A stretch of 64,000 nucleotides of DNA from Candidatus Poribacteria bacterium (GTDB lineage Bacteria; Poribacteria; WGA-4E; PCPOR2b), in assembly GCA_965208675.1 (NCBI GenBank), contig OZ242351.1:224001-288000 (forward strand). Reading direction: 5' to 3'. The notes under the pieces are model-generated. The model saw only the letters and a list, made by a program, of their open reading frames with translations. It did not search any database and was not told the origin of the DNA. The translations under genes and the position numbers were made by a program. Positions 52,901 to 62,856 of this stretch are shown one piece after another; positions within the stretch are counted from its first letter, which is position 1, and each line of letters starts with the position of its first letter.

Positions 52901-53193
52901 CAGTGGAAGCCATAAATCAGTTACATGAAATCGACGCATTGACAAACGAACAAAAAACACAACTGCTTGAGGCTTACGGATTTCTGAGGCGCGTGGAAAA
53001 CAGCCTTAGGATTGTCCATGATCGACCGCTGGATGCGCTGCCCGATAAAGCTGCGGAGTTGGAGAAACTCGCTAGACGGCTCGGTTACATCGATCAGAAC
53101 GGGGAAGTGTCAAACCGGTTTTTAAAAGACTATCACGAATGTACAGAGCGCACACGCAAACTGTTTCATGAACTGCTAGGATTTCAAAATTGA
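49987..53193 (+). CDS. glnE: bifunctional glutamine synthetase adenylyltransferase/deadenylyltransferase
   Basis: Two GMGKFGG.ELNFSSD.D nucleotidyltransferase domains, each with WERQAL. Confidence 0.96.
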   Translation: MSSILTPKDLILVPDLTTDDVEDVLKNYGLQDLPRASRNLQSLTGEPPVREACAEIMETLLECVADSAHPDSALHNFARFVDAASDPLRLYQILRDAPFLISILAKSFGSSTYFSDILIRNPEYINGFVVNGIIAPPKPREIMDGELCQSLRSVDSVEQKLDALRRYKRKESLRIGVRDLIGAADLETTTLELSNLAETALQKCCEIGEHELTSRFGTPQAELHNGETIGSTFAVIGMGKFGGRELNFSSDIDVMFVYSRDGTTNQGVENRQYFNKLSEFIINGLSEITGEGYVFRVDARLRPESSAGSIARSIDSYEAYYEGWGEIWERQALIKARPVAGDLQLGRQFIGTIQPFVYQRYLDEFSIAEIKMDIRQTKSRIEDRIREKGSFVNNHVKLGIGCIRDMEFTIQCLQLIYGGPIPALRNCNSLETIDLLHQHKFLSPRNRDVFADAYRFLRMVEHRLQMEADQQRYSLPSKTSELVKLARSTGYRDTKSVLALEAFHADYRQHTHAVRLIFEKILEIPVPDGGIDLASLFTTTDAGMVREILNPYGFADPHEARRRLKTMAEGSDGVRFSPTVRRLFVQLAPVLLHFIAESPDPDMAIRYIDVFTSKVGARASYYTLFRDNPSIIEMLTKICGTSRFLAELLIEHPESFDVLTVSAVMARPKTLAEKQQETLEMIANTTPDRIFDRLRQYKNSEILRIGMRSILAQAELESKDWDATPSIKADLWTTTAELSDLAEATLKAMYAHVKDMFIAEHGRPMVDDGSEATLTIIGMGKFGGGELNFSSDLDVMLVYSADGKTTKGETNADYFSDFGLALVNRLKGSTGGGSIYELDLRLRPFGNGGAIAMPLSGYQNYYDKNAETWERQALTRARPVAGDMELGNRFIAQAHAFAYRHPLTPDEITQIAHTRKRKEAQATRPAATRRRRRSRTKDVKAGYGGLVDIEFAVQIIQLINGTDSPQVRVQHTVEAINQLHEIDALTNEQKTQLLEAYGFLRRVENSLRIVHDRPLDALPDKAAELEKLARRLGYIDQNGEVSNRFLKDYHECTERTRKLFHELLGFQN

Positions 53194-53451
53194 AGGATTT
53201 TCAAACCAAATCGAAATACCGTGTGCGCCGGAGAAAATTGAGATCCTGAATCGTGGTTTAGTGCCCTGCGCATGGCGGAATGGCTTGCTTAAATCCTGTG
53301 AATTACTTATAATTTTAATCGCATTTTACCGGCATATGCCGCCAATCTCATCTGTAAAACCCGTACGGATAACCCCGGATATAATCGGAAAACCAACCCG
53401 CATTTTGTGCTTGTACCTGAGTTTGCATCGGTCTCTGTTGGGAGATAGGAC

Positions 53452-54504
53452 ATGTCTGAAAAATATAGCGTCGGAATAATTGGCTGCGGTAGTATTGCCA
53501 ATTTGCACGCCGACAGTTTCCGGAACGTGGACGAGATTGATGTCGTCGCAATCTCTGACCCGGTGGACGAAGCGCGCATTGAATTTGGCGAACGCCACAA
53601 TATTGCGAACCGGTATCATGACGCCCGAGAAATGCTCGACAAAGAAAATTTGGGTGTTGTTATCATAACGACTTGGCCCAAGCTGCACGCACCCATGACG
53701 GCAGCCGCATGTGCGCGGAAACCGTACGCCGTAATTTGCGAGAAACCCATGGCAGCCACGCTCGGCGAATGCGATGAAATGTTGACCGTCGCTTCACGCT
53801 ACAATGTAAAATTGGCGGTTGGCCACCAGCGGCGGTTCATTTCAACCTGGACTACGGCTCGCGGGCTAATCGCCAGCGGAACAATTGGTGAACCGCGGCA
53901 GATTGTCTGCAGAGGTGGGCAGGGGTTGCTGAACGACTGTTCACACCTGATTGATATGATGCGGTACGTACTTGGCGATCCCAACGCGTCGTGGGTTATC
54001 GGAAACGTCGAACGTAAAACCGAACGGTATGAGCGCGATATTCCGATTGAAGATCGAAGTGCAGGGATAATTGGATTTGACAATGGCTGCGTCGGTTTAT
54101 TGCTTCAGGAGATCGCTGGTCCCAACGAGTACGGCGGCTTAATCTACGGGTCAGAGGGAATGATTGATCTGACCGAGTCACGGGTGCGCGTGCTCAACAG
54201 CCGGTCCGCGGAGTGGGAGGAGCGTCAGGCGGATGACGGAAATCCATGGGAGGCGCAAATTCGGGAGTTAATCTCATGGATTGAAGAGGGCACGGAGCAT
54301 CGCGGCAATGCAAAACACGGACGTGCAGCCATTGAAATCATCATGGCGATTTACGAATCTGCGCGGATGCACGAGGTAGTGCAGATGCCCGTCCGAACGC
54401 TCTGTTCACCGCTAGAATTGATGATTGAAAGCGGTGAACTACCAGTTGAACGCCCCGGGCGGTACGATATACGCGCATTTCTGCTTCGTGGCGAGGCGCG
54501 GTAA
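53452..54504 (+). CDS. Gfo/Idh/MocA family oxidoreductase
   Basis: IIGCGSIA, CEKPMA, GHQRRF. Confidence 0.93.
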   Translation: MSEKYSVGIIGCGSIANLHADSFRNVDEIDVVAISDPVDEARIEFGERHNIANRYHDAREMLDKENLGVVIITTWPKLHAPMTAAACARKPYAVICEKPMAATLGECDEMLTVASRYNVKLAVGHQRRFISTWTTARGLIASGTIGEPRQIVCRGGQGLLNDCSHLIDMMRYVLGDPNASWVIGNVERKTERYERDIPIEDRSAGIIGFDNGCVGLLLQEIAGPNEYGGLIYGSEGMIDLTESRVRVLNSRSAEWEERQADDGNPWEAQIRELISWIEEGTEHRGNAKHGRAAIEIIMAIYESARMHEVVQMPVRTLCSPLELMIESGELPVERPGRYDIRAFLLRGEAR

Positions 54505-54597
54505 TCTTCGTAAGGCAACGGCACGGGCTATCGGTGTTTTCGACTTCCGAGATAGAAGGTGTGGGCATAAAGGCCAAATGTCAAAAAAAGGCGTTGA

Positions 54598-55416
54598 ATG
54601 ACCATTATTGATGCGATTTTGCTTGGCGTACTGCAAGGGTTGACCGAATTTTTGCCCGTAAGCAGTTCTGGGCATTTGGTGTTGATGCAGCATTTTCTCG
54701 GTATGGAGGAGCCGCAAGTCTTATTTGACGTGATGCTTCACGTGGGTACGCTCGGTGCCGTCGTGGTTGTGTATCGCAAATCGATTTGGTCGCTGGCACG
54801 TACTGGTATTTCTACTTCTGTAGACCGTAATTTCTACCGGCACCCAATTGGCGCAGTCAAAAGCAACATGAACCTCAAACTAGTCTGGCTTATACTGGTC
54901 GGCTCAATACCAACTGGACTGATCGCCATTGCATTTAAAGATCAGTTCGAAGCGTTGTTTACAAAACCTGGGACTGTAGCCGCCATGCTTATCGTTACCG
55001 GTATGATGCTGCAACTTCCGCGTGTGCGTAGAGACAAGGTGATCGCCAATCTTCCGCTGCGGACCTGGCATACGCCGCTCATTGGCATTGCTCAAGGATT
55101 CGCCGTTGCGCCGGGTATTTCCAGATCGGGATCAACAATTTCCGTTTCTTTGATGCTAGGAATCTCTCCTCAGATTGCAGCGCAGTATTCTTTTCTTCTT
55201 GCCATCCCCGCGATACTAGGCGCACTTGTTCTCAAGCTTAAGGACGTAGCTGAAGTCACGCCCGCCGCCGCTGTTGTCGGTACACTGACTGCGTTTGTTG
55301 CGGGTTACATCGCTTTGCGCATCTTTCTAGCCATGCTAAATCGGGGAAAGTTTTACGTGTTTTCCTACTACTGCTTTGCGCTAGGCGGCGCAGTTCTCAT
55401 TAAGATGGCGTGGTAA
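54598..55416 (+). CDS. uppP: undecaprenyl-diphosphate phosphatase
   Basis: QGLTEFLPVSSSGHL and PGISRSGST. Confidence 0.96.
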   Translation: MTIIDAILLGVLQGLTEFLPVSSSGHLVLMQHFLGMEEPQVLFDVMLHVGTLGAVVVVYRKSIWSLARTGISTSVDRNFYRHPIGAVKSNMNLKLVWLILVGSIPTGLIAIAFKDQFEALFTKPGTVAAMLIVTGMMLQLPRVRRDKVIANLPLRTWHTPLIGIAQGFAVAPGISRSGSTISVSLMLGISPQIAAQYSFLLAIPAILGALVLKLKDVAEVTPAAAVVGTLTAFVAGYIALRIFLAMLNRGKFYVFSYYCFALGGAVLIKMAW

Positions 55417-55465
55417 GTTGTAGTCCGCTGGCGTATTGTGGCGGTGCCTCGAATTTCCGCCGCAT

Positions 55466-56554
55466 TTACACATTAAACCGAATTGTTAACACCTCTCCAT
55501 CTTGGACGACGTAATCTCTCCCTTCGAGCCGCAGTAAGCCAAGTTCCTTGGCTTTCGCCAGATTCACGCAGTCCACGAGTTTTTTCCAGTGGATTGTCTC
55601 CGCGCGGATGAATCCGCGCGCCATATCGGTGTGGATAGTGGCGGCGGCATCTACTGCCGTAAGTCCCTGCATTAACGTCCAAGCCCGCAATTCCCTGGAG
55701 ACGACAGTGAAAAACGTAATCAGTCCTAACAAGCGGTATGATGCCTGAATTACTCGATTCAATGCGGATTCTTCTAATCCCATTTCAGCCAGAAAAATCC
55801 GTGCATCTTCCGCCTCCAATTGAGCGATTTCCATCTCGAGTTTTGCGGAAATCGTGGTTACTTCAGTCTGGCATTTTTCTTCATATTCCGCAAACCTGCC
55901 GCGTATCTGTTCTGCCTCATCCAATTGGTTTTCCCCGATATTCAAAATTACCAATATCGGCTTCTGTGTCAAGAATCCGAATCCACGAATCGTCTGTTTT
56001 TTTTCAGGCGTGATGTCAATCTCTCTTAATGGGATGCCGCTCTCCAGCGCCGCCTTGCACTGTTCCAATACGCCGTGCTCATTTTCAAGGACTGGAGACT
56101 TTTTGGCGCGCAGTTCGCGGTTTAACCGCTCCAATCTTTTGTCGATGATGTGTAAATCAGCAAGGGTTAGCTCTAATTCTAAAGTTTCAATATCTCGCTT
56201 CGGATCAACGTTACCGTCGGCGTGTGGTACGGAATCGTCTTCAAATACGCGCACAACATGCGCGAGTGCATCGGCTTGACGAAGATCGGCAATGACCTCC
56301 GTTCCCAGTCCACTCCGCTCAATTTCACCCTTGGAAAGCCCGGCAACGTCGACATAATCAATTCGCACTGGCGTTATCTGCTTCGGGTTAAAAAGTTCAG
56401 CCAGCGAATTCATGCGCTCGTCGGGCACGGTAACCGCGCTGATGTTTGATTGCTTTTTCCCAGTATAGGTCCCTGTCTCCGCCCCGGATTGTGTCAGTGC
56501 ATTGAAAATAGATGTCTTTCCAACATAGGGTAGACCTACGATGCCAATTTTCAT
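55466..56554 (-). CDS. ychF: redox-regulated ATPase YchF
   Basis: GIVGLP.VGKT, DVAGL, IHTD..RGFIRAE, EGRDYVVQDG. Confidence 0.95.
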   Translation of the reverse strand: MKIGIVGLPYVGKTSIFNALTQSGAETGTYTGKKQSNISAVTVPDERMNSLAELFNPKQITPVRIDYVDVAGLSKGEIERSGLGTEVIADLRQADALAHVVRVFEDDSVPHADGNVDPKRDIETLELELTLADLHIIDKRLERLNRELRAKKSPVLENEHGVLEQCKAALESGIPLREIDITPEKKQTIRGFGFLTQKPILVILNIGENQLDEAEQIRGRFAEYEEKCQTEVTTISAKLEMEIAQLEAEDARIFLAEMGLEESALNRVIQASYRLLGLITFFTVVSRELRAWTLMQGLTAVDAAATIHTDMARGFIRAETIHWKKLVDCVNLAKAKELGLLRLEGRDYVVQDGEVLTIRFNV

Positions 56555-56794
56555 AGACTTCTCCAGCCGAAAATGTGACTCTAGCATAACACCTTGAAAT
56601 AGACTGCGTCAACGGGATTTGTCCGAATAGCACGTTCGATAATGATCGGTGTGAAGGTTGTTCCTGCCGTTGCACAAAGCGGAATATTGAGCATCCGAAT
56701 GCGTTGGAACGCGCCGTTTAACGGTCGGCATCCTTCGGTAACAAATTATCGGGTTTCAGGCCGTACAGATTGTGCCAACGCGCCGAAAAAGTCC

Positions 56795-56824
56795 TTGACA
56801 TCCGTTTATTGCCTTTGGTATCAT
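56795..56824 (+). promoter_or_regulatory. sigma70 promoter for the tRNA pair
   Basis: TTGACA-18bp-TATCAT with TG extension. Confidence 0.6.
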
Positions 56825-56841
56825 TCTAGCCTAGTTAATCC

Positions 56842-56914
56842 GCCGAGGTAGCTCAGTTGGTAGAGCAGTGGACTGAAAATCCATGTGTCGGCAGTTCGAT
56901 TCTGCCCTTCGGCA
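56842..56914 (+). tRNA. tRNA-Phe (GAA)
   Basis: GCCGAGG/CTTCGGC acceptor, GTGGA-CT-GAA-AA-TCCAT arm; CCA not encoded. Confidence 0.96.
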
Positions 56915-56966
56915 CTTAAAATTTCTACAGCCCCATCATGCGTGATGGGGCTGCATTCTATCGTGA

Positions 56967-57039
56967 GCCGGTGTAGCTCAGTGGTCAGAGCAACTGATTC
57001 GTAATCAGTAGGTCGGAGGTTCAAATCCCCTCACCGGCT
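56967..57039 (+). tRNA. tRNA-Thr (CGT)
   Basis: GCCGGTG/CACCGGC acceptor, ACTGA-TT-CGT-AA-TCAGT arm; CCA not encoded. Confidence 0.96.
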
Positions 57040-57145
57040 TTCCCAATAACATCCTTCCAAAGCCGCGTTGCAATCCATTTTCTAATTTATCTCTTCAATC
57101 CAACCAAGGCATTCATTTATTCAAATATTTGCCATTCGGCTCCCC

Positions 57146-57172
57146 TAAACCTTTTACAACTTGACACGTCTA
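57146..57172 (+). promoter_or_regulatory. candidate autoregulatory ECF promoter
   Basis: TAAAC-16bp-CGTCTA just upstream of the ECF sigma gene; matches the generic ECF AAC…CGT consensus. Confidence 0.4.
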
Positions 57173-57189
57173 CAACGGAAAGATTGTTC

Positions 57190-57762
57190 ATGAAAGCCGA
57201 CCCGGATCGATTTCTCATTCAGTGCGCACAGAATGGGGACATTGATGCCTTTGGTGAGCTCGTTCAGAAGTATCAGAAACGAATTTACGAGCTAGCCTAT
57301 CGCTTTACACACCATCCAGAAGATGCCGCCGATCTTTGCCAAGAGATTTTTCTAAAAGCCTTCAATGCTTTGGGGAAATTTGAGAACAAGTCGACGTTCT
57401 ACACGTGGATTTATCAGATTGCGAAGAATCGATGTATTGATTACTCGCGGCGGCGATCAGGACGCTACGATGTTTCATTTGTTGAAGAAATTTCACCGGA
57501 CGATTCGCTATTCCAATCTCATTACTCTGAAGATCAGGCGTCTCGCCGTTTGGAACAGGTTGAACTTGAAACTGAGATTAAGAAAGCCATTGAACAGTTA
57601 TCCCCCCGCCAGAAACAGGTCTTTGTCTTGAGGCATTATGAGGGATTAGCCTTGCGGGAGATTGCAGACACGCTTGACCTGCGTGTTGGAAGCGTCAAGG
57701 CGCATCTGTTTAACGCAACGCGGAAACTACGGATATTGCTTACACCTTATTTGGACGAATAA
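57190..57762 (+). CDS. ECF RNA polymerase sigma factor
   Basis: GDIDAFGELV…DLCQEIFLKAF…FYTWIYQIAKNRCIDY; region 4 EIADTL…GSVKAHL. Confidence 0.95.
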   Translation: MKADPDRFLIQCAQNGDIDAFGELVQKYQKRIYELAYRFTHHPEDAADLCQEIFLKAFNALGKFENKSTFYTWIYQIAKNRCIDYSRRRSGRYDVSFVEEISPDDSLFQSHYSEDQASRRLEQVELETEIKKAIEQLSPRQKQVFVLRHYEGLALREIADTLDLRVGSVKAHLFNATRKLRILLTPYLDE

Positions 57763-57768
57763 TCTACC

Positions 57769-58434
57769 ATGAAATGTAAGCCGGCAGAAAAATTGATGCT
57801 CGACTATATTGAAGGAACGTTGCTACCAAAGCGGAAAGACCGGTTGGAGATTCATCTGGGTACATGCCCTCATTGTCAAAAAGTTTTGGTTGGCTATGAG
57901 AAAACTCTTCAACTTGCCGCTAGTTTGCCGGTTAAATATCCTTCGCCGGACGCCTGGGGAGACTTTTGGCAAAAACTGAAAAGCAAAATCTCGCAGGACT
58001 TGCCTGATGACGAACCCGTGTGGCTCATTGCGCACAAATGGAAAATCGCCGGCGTAGGTTTTATTTTGGTCGCTCTCCTAGGCTTGGCGGGATTATGGAG
58101 CTACGGCGTATTCAATAATTCGGCGGTAGATCCAAGCGCTGCTTTAGATAAACACATCTTCCAGAATTTCATGGGGGGAATTTCTACAGTGCATTTGCAA
58201 GAGGTACTAAGTCAAGAACTGCAACGCCTGGACGGGGCGAGCTTGACCTGGAGCGGTGAGAATTTGCTCATGGAGGAAGCCGGGTCGCCGCAACCAACGG
58301 GTACAAACAGTCTAGTAGGTCAACTGTTTGAGGTAATTGACACCGAAATCGCTCTGGAACATTTCGAGGATGACGAGTTGACGATACTCGTCGCGTCAAT
58401 AGAGAATAAACTGACTCTCGCTTCATCACGCTAA
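57769..58434 (+). CDS. zinc-finger (zf-HC2/ZAS) anti-sigma factor
   Basis: C…HLGTCPHC motif then one TM helix; directly after the ECF gene. Confidence 0.88.
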   Translation: MKCKPAEKLMLDYIEGTLLPKRKDRLEIHLGTCPHCQKVLVGYEKTLQLAASLPVKYPSPDAWGDFWQKLKSKISQDLPDDEPVWLIAHKWKIAGVGFILVALLGLAGLWSYGVFNNSAVDPSAALDKHIFQNFMGGISTVHLQEVLSQELQRLDGASLTWSGENLLMEEAGSPQPTGTNSLVGQLFEVIDTEIALEHFEDDELTILVASIENKLTLASSR

Positions 58435-58591
58435 AGCAATTTCGCACCGGTTGAATTGGTATTACGCACGGAAGTAGGAGTTTTACTCGAAATAAGCAGG
58501 GAACATCTGATGGCAAAACTGAGGTGATGGGTTACTCCATCACGTCCATGCAGTTGTCGTGCGTCCATGATTATTGAGAGGTTAAACCGGT

Positions 58592-59593
58592 ATGTGGCTA
58601 AGGATACCGAGGGGGTGTTCCTGTGTATTGGCGTTCGTTCTTTTCATTAAATTCACCACGTTTGAATTGAACGCCCTGGCCCAACAGACTAGGGCGAAGG
58701 AATTACTTCAAAACATTCTGAAAGCCCAACGCGCACGTTTGCAGAATGGAACAGTCATGCTCATTCTACAACGACATGCCAATATTGCAACGTTGCCGAA
58801 GTCCTTATACCTAGTCACAATTCTGGAGGATAAGACGCGGTGTGAGATGTATGTTGTACCTCCTAATGTCGCTCTGGCCTCCAAGGAAGAGATTGGTTTC
58901 ATTTTTCAGGGAACTTCCGGATTGCCTACACAACTAGTCTTGCACTATTCGGATGGTTATTATTTTAACAATGACGGCGAAATTTCCATTGGGTCTGGGA
59001 AGATTGTAAACTTCATTCCTTATTTTAGATTTTTGAACGCCGTAATAAGTTCGCTTGATTTCCACGGCGCGCAAATTCAAAAGCATAAAGTTCCTGCTCC
59101 CTATGTTGGCGTGAAAATCCGCCGATCGGATAGATACCAGCTATCGAAGAACACGGTTGAACCAGTCGAATACTCGAACGAGGTTTGGTTAGACCCTGAA
59201 CACGATGGCTTGGCAACCCGTCTATCTGGAACCCAACCAATGTTTCGATCAGATCCGCAGAACGGGGAAGATGAACCGGGTTCTATTGTTTATTTCACGT
59301 GGCAAGCAGAGGTTAAGGCATTCGCAAAAAGCCATGGCGTCTGGTATCCCCAAATCGTCATGACCAAAGAAATGAACCCTTATATTAGCCCTGACTTTCC
59401 TGACTTCAGTGAAGATCAAGAAAATCGCTGGGAGGTACTCGGTTTCTGCACAGGTGTAGACCTGCCAATTTCAATCTTTGGGAGTTCACCCAATAGGCAG
59501 ATGAATGCGGATAGTGCTTGGCCGCAGGTTGCCAAATGGATAGTATTGAATCTACCTCAACAACCGGTTGACGAGACTAAAGGGGAGAAATAG
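58592..59593 (+). CDS. hypothetical exported protein
   Basis: 333 aa ORF with GAGAGG RBS and signal-like N-terminus; no recognised family. Confidence 0.6.
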   Translation: MWLRIPRGCSCVLAFVLFIKFTTFELNALAQQTRAKELLQNILKAQRARLQNGTVMLILQRHANIATLPKSLYLVTILEDKTRCEMYVVPPNVALASKEEIGFIFQGTSGLPTQLVLHYSDGYYFNNDGEISIGSGKIVNFIPYFRFLNAVISSLDFHGAQIQKHKVPAPYVGVKIRRSDRYQLSKNTVEPVEYSNEVWLDPEHDGLATRLSGTQPMFRSDPQNGEDEPGSIVYFTWQAEVKAFAKSHGVWYPQIVMTKEMNPYISPDFPDFSEDQENRWEVLGFCTGVDLPISIFGSSPNRQMNADSAWPQVAKWIVLNLPQQPVDETKGEK

Positions 59594-59594
59594 T

Positions 59595-60284
59595 ATGTCC
59601 GATAAGGTGAAGTTAATCAGCCTCCTATTGATAATCGTTGTTGGTACCGTTGGGATCATTTGGTATGTTTTCCGTCCCGGTGCGAATGAAACTGGGCAAA
59701 TCGTTGAATATGTTATATCAAGACCTACGCAAACGGACAGTGGTCTTGAATCTCAAATTGCCCCTGTCGATGCCGCAGGGGAGCGAGATGTTATGAACGC
59801 TGATGAACTTGAATCCTTGAATCGCCTGATAGAGATGCTTGAAGCAATGGATGAATCATCCAACACCGGGACAGAAAGCCAAGAGACAGCATTAGAGGAG
59901 AAGAAAATCGAGGAACGGGTAATAGAAGAATCTCCTAAAGACAGCCCATCAGTCGGTGAAGGTGATATGGAACTAGCGGAGCAACATTTTCGGACCGCTT
60001 GGCAAGAGAAGTTGGATTTAGGGAATGAACTGCTTCCCGTATATCGTAGACTCAAAGAAAATATGGATGAGATTTTAAGTCGACCAGTGGATTCGGTGGA
60101 TGAGGTAAACGAAGTAAGAGACGAAATTCACAAATTGGAAATTGAACTTGGGCAAGTGACAGTCTTTTTTGAGGACGAGGAAATCATAGCAATTATGAAC
60201 CAATTGTATGGTGGATTTCCCGAAGAAGTCCAAGGATTTCTAAACCGGGTTGAAGAACTCGATGCAGAGTTATACACTAGATGA
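59595..60284 (+). CDS. hypothetical acidic membrane-anchored protein
   Basis: GGGGAG RBS, N-terminal TM helix, E/D-rich helical body. Confidence 0.7.
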   Translation: MSDKVKLISLLLIIVVGTVGIIWYVFRPGANETGQIVEYVISRPTQTDSGLESQIAPVDAAGERDVMNADELESLNRLIEMLEAMDESSNTGTESQETALEEKKIEERVIEESPKDSPSVGEGDMELAEQHFRTAWQEKLDLGNELLPVYRRLKENMDEILSRPVDSVDEVNEVRDEIHKLEIELGQVTVFFEDEEIIAIMNQLYGGFPEEVQGFLNRVEELDAELYTR

Positions 60285-60442
60285 ATTTTGATGTTGAAGA
60301 AATTCAGTTGGAGTGAGCTGACGAACTTGCCCTTTTTAAAGGCTGCACAGATATGAAAAACCAACCTTGAGCGGCGTCGGCACTTCGACAATTCACCGCT
60401 CAAATCTGAACGAATACCAATTTAAAAAGGAGGGATGTGACT

Positions 60443-60964
60443 ATGAATCGCCGGTATTTACTATTCTTTGCGCTGTTGCCGCTAGCGTTAGCGCTTGTGA
60501 TTGTGATTCCTAGAATTACGGCTGAGGCGCCGCCTGCTCAACCGGCGTCGCAAAACGCCACCGCCGAATTGGTCGAACTGCTTAAAATCTGGAAACTCAT
60601 TGATGCGGTGTCACCAGAATCTGAGCAATCTGTGCCGTTGTTAACGAAGTTCAACGAGTTAGAAGACCTAAAAGCACAGTATCGGCAAGAACACAGAAGC
60701 GCGATAAATCGCCTAAAGCATTTAAAAACGGCGAAACTTGATTCAGAGGATAAAATTGCTAAACTTCAGACTGCGCTAGATGAGTATCGTCAAGTCGAGG
60801 ACAACTTCATTGCGGGGAGAAAAAAGATTAAGGATGAAATTAGCAAAATTTTGACCGTCGAGCAACAGGCGAAATTCGAGGTTTTCAGTTACAGTTACCG
60901 CCAAGATCTAAAGCAAACGCTGCAATCCCTGATTGCTCTGCAAGACCAGCCGCGATCGAAGTAA
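60443..60964 (+). CDS. periplasmic Spy/CpxP-like protein
   Basis: AGGAGG RBS, signal peptide, ILTVEQQAKF (LTxxQ) motif. Confidence 0.7.
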   Translation: MNRRYLLFFALLPLALALVIVIPRITAEAPPAQPASQNATAELVELLKIWKLIDAVSPESEQSVPLLTKFNELEDLKAQYRQEHRSAINRLKHLKTAKLDSEDKIAKLQTALDEYRQVEDNFIAGRKKIKDEISKILTVEQQAKFEVFSYSYRQDLKQTLQSLIALQDQPRSK

Positions 60965-61037
60965 GTGCATCGAAATCTGGTGAGAATTTAACCCGTTAAA
61001 CTTGAAGTGGTGTCAATAAAGGCTGATCCGTCAATCG

Positions 61038-62819
61038 CTAAAACACATGACCGATTCCGTAGGTGATTACAGGCTTGAGCGAGAATTTCCCGGTAATGTC
61101 CAGCGGATACGCTAAATCTAATCGATAAACGCGAGATTCGGTCAACTTGGGGAGGCTAAACCTTAAACCGAATCCGATGCTCCGCTTTGGCGCCCGCAGG
61201 TTGAACGCCGCTCCATTCCAGACGTACCCTACATCTGCAAAAATAGCCGATCCAAGCACAATCAGCGGCTCCACCTTTTTGAATATTCCGCCTCTAAAGA
61301 TAGTTCTGCTTTCGAGATTCAATAGCATCTTTTTCTCGCCGCTAAACGCCCAACTGCTATAGCCGCGCAGCCCGCTCGTACCGCCGAGAATCACCTGCCG
61401 CCGACCGCCGAGGTCGAATCCCATCACTGTTGAGATTTGCGCGACAAGCGTCTGATACAGCAAATCCTTGCATGTCGTTTTAATTTTCGCCGTTAAAACC
61501 GAGTCGCCAAGCTGTTCTGTTAATCGCGTAGCCAATTCAGTATGCGCATTCAGAAAAAGGAAATCTTGATGCGCCCGAGATTGCGCGAGTCTCACACTTA
61601 AGTTTGTCTGTGTCCGGTCCGAATCGAACAGTGGCGAGGCATGACCAATCGAGACACCGTACCTATATCCGACTTCAAAATCTTCGACGCGTCCCATCTG
61701 ATTCAGGAAACGGGTGCGAATAAAATCAACATGCCTCCGTCCTAACGTTATCCCTACGATTTTTAAATTTCGATTCTCAAAATTGGCATCAGATGGTGCA
61801 ATTTTCTCAATTAGATTAAAGTCGGATTTCTGAGAGGATGCCCAGAGGGAAACCTGCGTTTGCTTGTGACGGCTGCCAAAGTAATGCGTGGCTCTGGCGG
61901 AATGGATTTGCTGGCTGCGCGTAAACGTATCGGTTTTCGCTCCGTTCTCATACCACCGAATTTCATCAATCGACTCGGATAACGTAAAATCGGCGCTCCA
62001 TCGGGTTTTCAGGGAGTATTGCGGGCGTTTCAACCGAACCTGCCACGAATCCCCTTCCCGTTTCTGCGTAAATTGTCCATCAAATTCCCAGTAAGAATCG
62101 AACATGCGCGATGCTGTATAACGGCTTCTGATTAAACTGCGCGGCTCTTCGCCTTCCTCGCGGATCAGCTGGTAACGAATCCGTCCCCTATTCCCGGATC
62201 CGAACAAGTTTGAATCCGAAAGCATGATTAACAGATTGGAACTATCTTTGTTAAATGCGGGTAAATCTAACGCGGGTATAAATGACCATAGATCGGCGAC
62301 TTCAACCTGAATCCAGACAAGCTGCGTTTCCGCATCTCGGCTGGCTACAATCTCGGCTTTTCCTAGATACGGCTTTCGGCGAAGGATACGCTCACTTTCC
62401 AATTCATCCTCCACCGTGTACGTATCGCCGACCTGGAAGAGAAGTTCTCGTTGAATCACGTGATCATTCGATCGTGTGTTGCCCGTCACGGTAATTTTCC
62501 CGATTTTTCCTTCGTCAATGGGAATACGTAGGTAAACACCATCAGAGAACCGTTTGATGGCTACCTGTTCTTCATCAATGCGTGCGAATTGAAATCCATT
62601 ACTCTGATAAAACACCACAATCTGTTCGAGGTCTTGTTTTAGATTTCCCGCGTCGTAATCCGCCCCAATCTGGCTGTGCATCACATCACTAATCTGATCT
62701 TCTGTATACGTCTCATTCCCGACAAGGACAATATTGCGGATGAGATCGGAATTTGCATATAGGATTTTGGGAAACACAGCGGTTATGACAATTAATGCGA
62801 GAAGTTCAAATAGCTTCAT
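61038..62819 (-). CDS. Omp85/BamA-TamA family outer-membrane protein with POTRA domains
   Basis: GNETY and GNTRS..VIQREL POTRA motifs; GLRGY, FADVG..W, SIGFGLRF; C-terminal F. Confidence 0.88.
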   Translation of the reverse strand: MKLFELLALIVITAVFPKILYANSDLIRNIVLVGNETYTEDQISDVMHSQIGADYDAGNLKQDLEQIVVFYQSNGFQFARIDEEQVAIKRFSDGVYLRIPIDEGKIGKITVTGNTRSNDHVIQRELLFQVGDTYTVEDELESERILRRKPYLGKAEIVASRDAETQLVWIQVEVADLWSFIPALDLPAFNKDSSNLLIMLSDSNLFGSGNRGRIRYQLIREEGEEPRSLIRSRYTASRMFDSYWEFDGQFTQKREGDSWQVRLKRPQYSLKTRWSADFTLSESIDEIRWYENGAKTDTFTRSQQIHSARATHYFGSRHKQTQVSLWASSQKSDFNLIEKIAPSDANFENRNLKIVGITLGRRHVDFIRTRFLNQMGRVEDFEVGYRYGVSIGHASPLFDSDRTQTNLSVRLAQSRAHQDFLFLNAHTELATRLTEQLGDSVLTAKIKTTCKDLLYQTLVAQISTVMGFDLGGRRQVILGGTSGLRGYSSWAFSGEKKMLLNLESRTIFRGGIFKKVEPLIVLGSAIFADVGYVWNGAAFNLRAPKRSIGFGLRFSLPKLTESRVYRLDLAYPLDITGKFSLKPVITYGIGHVF

Positions 62820-62856
62820 CGGCGAGTTTAATCGTGAATTGACGCACCGCGCAATC

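Noticed and set aside
56928-56953. Hairpin CAGCCCCATCA…TGATGGGGCTG between the tRNAs as a terminator
   Set aside because: No U-tract and it sits inside a probable two-tRNA transcript; more likely a processing spacer.
56842-57039. tRNA-targeted prophage or integrative element
   Set aside because: No integrase near any of the three tRNAs and no duplicated tRNA 3' end seen.
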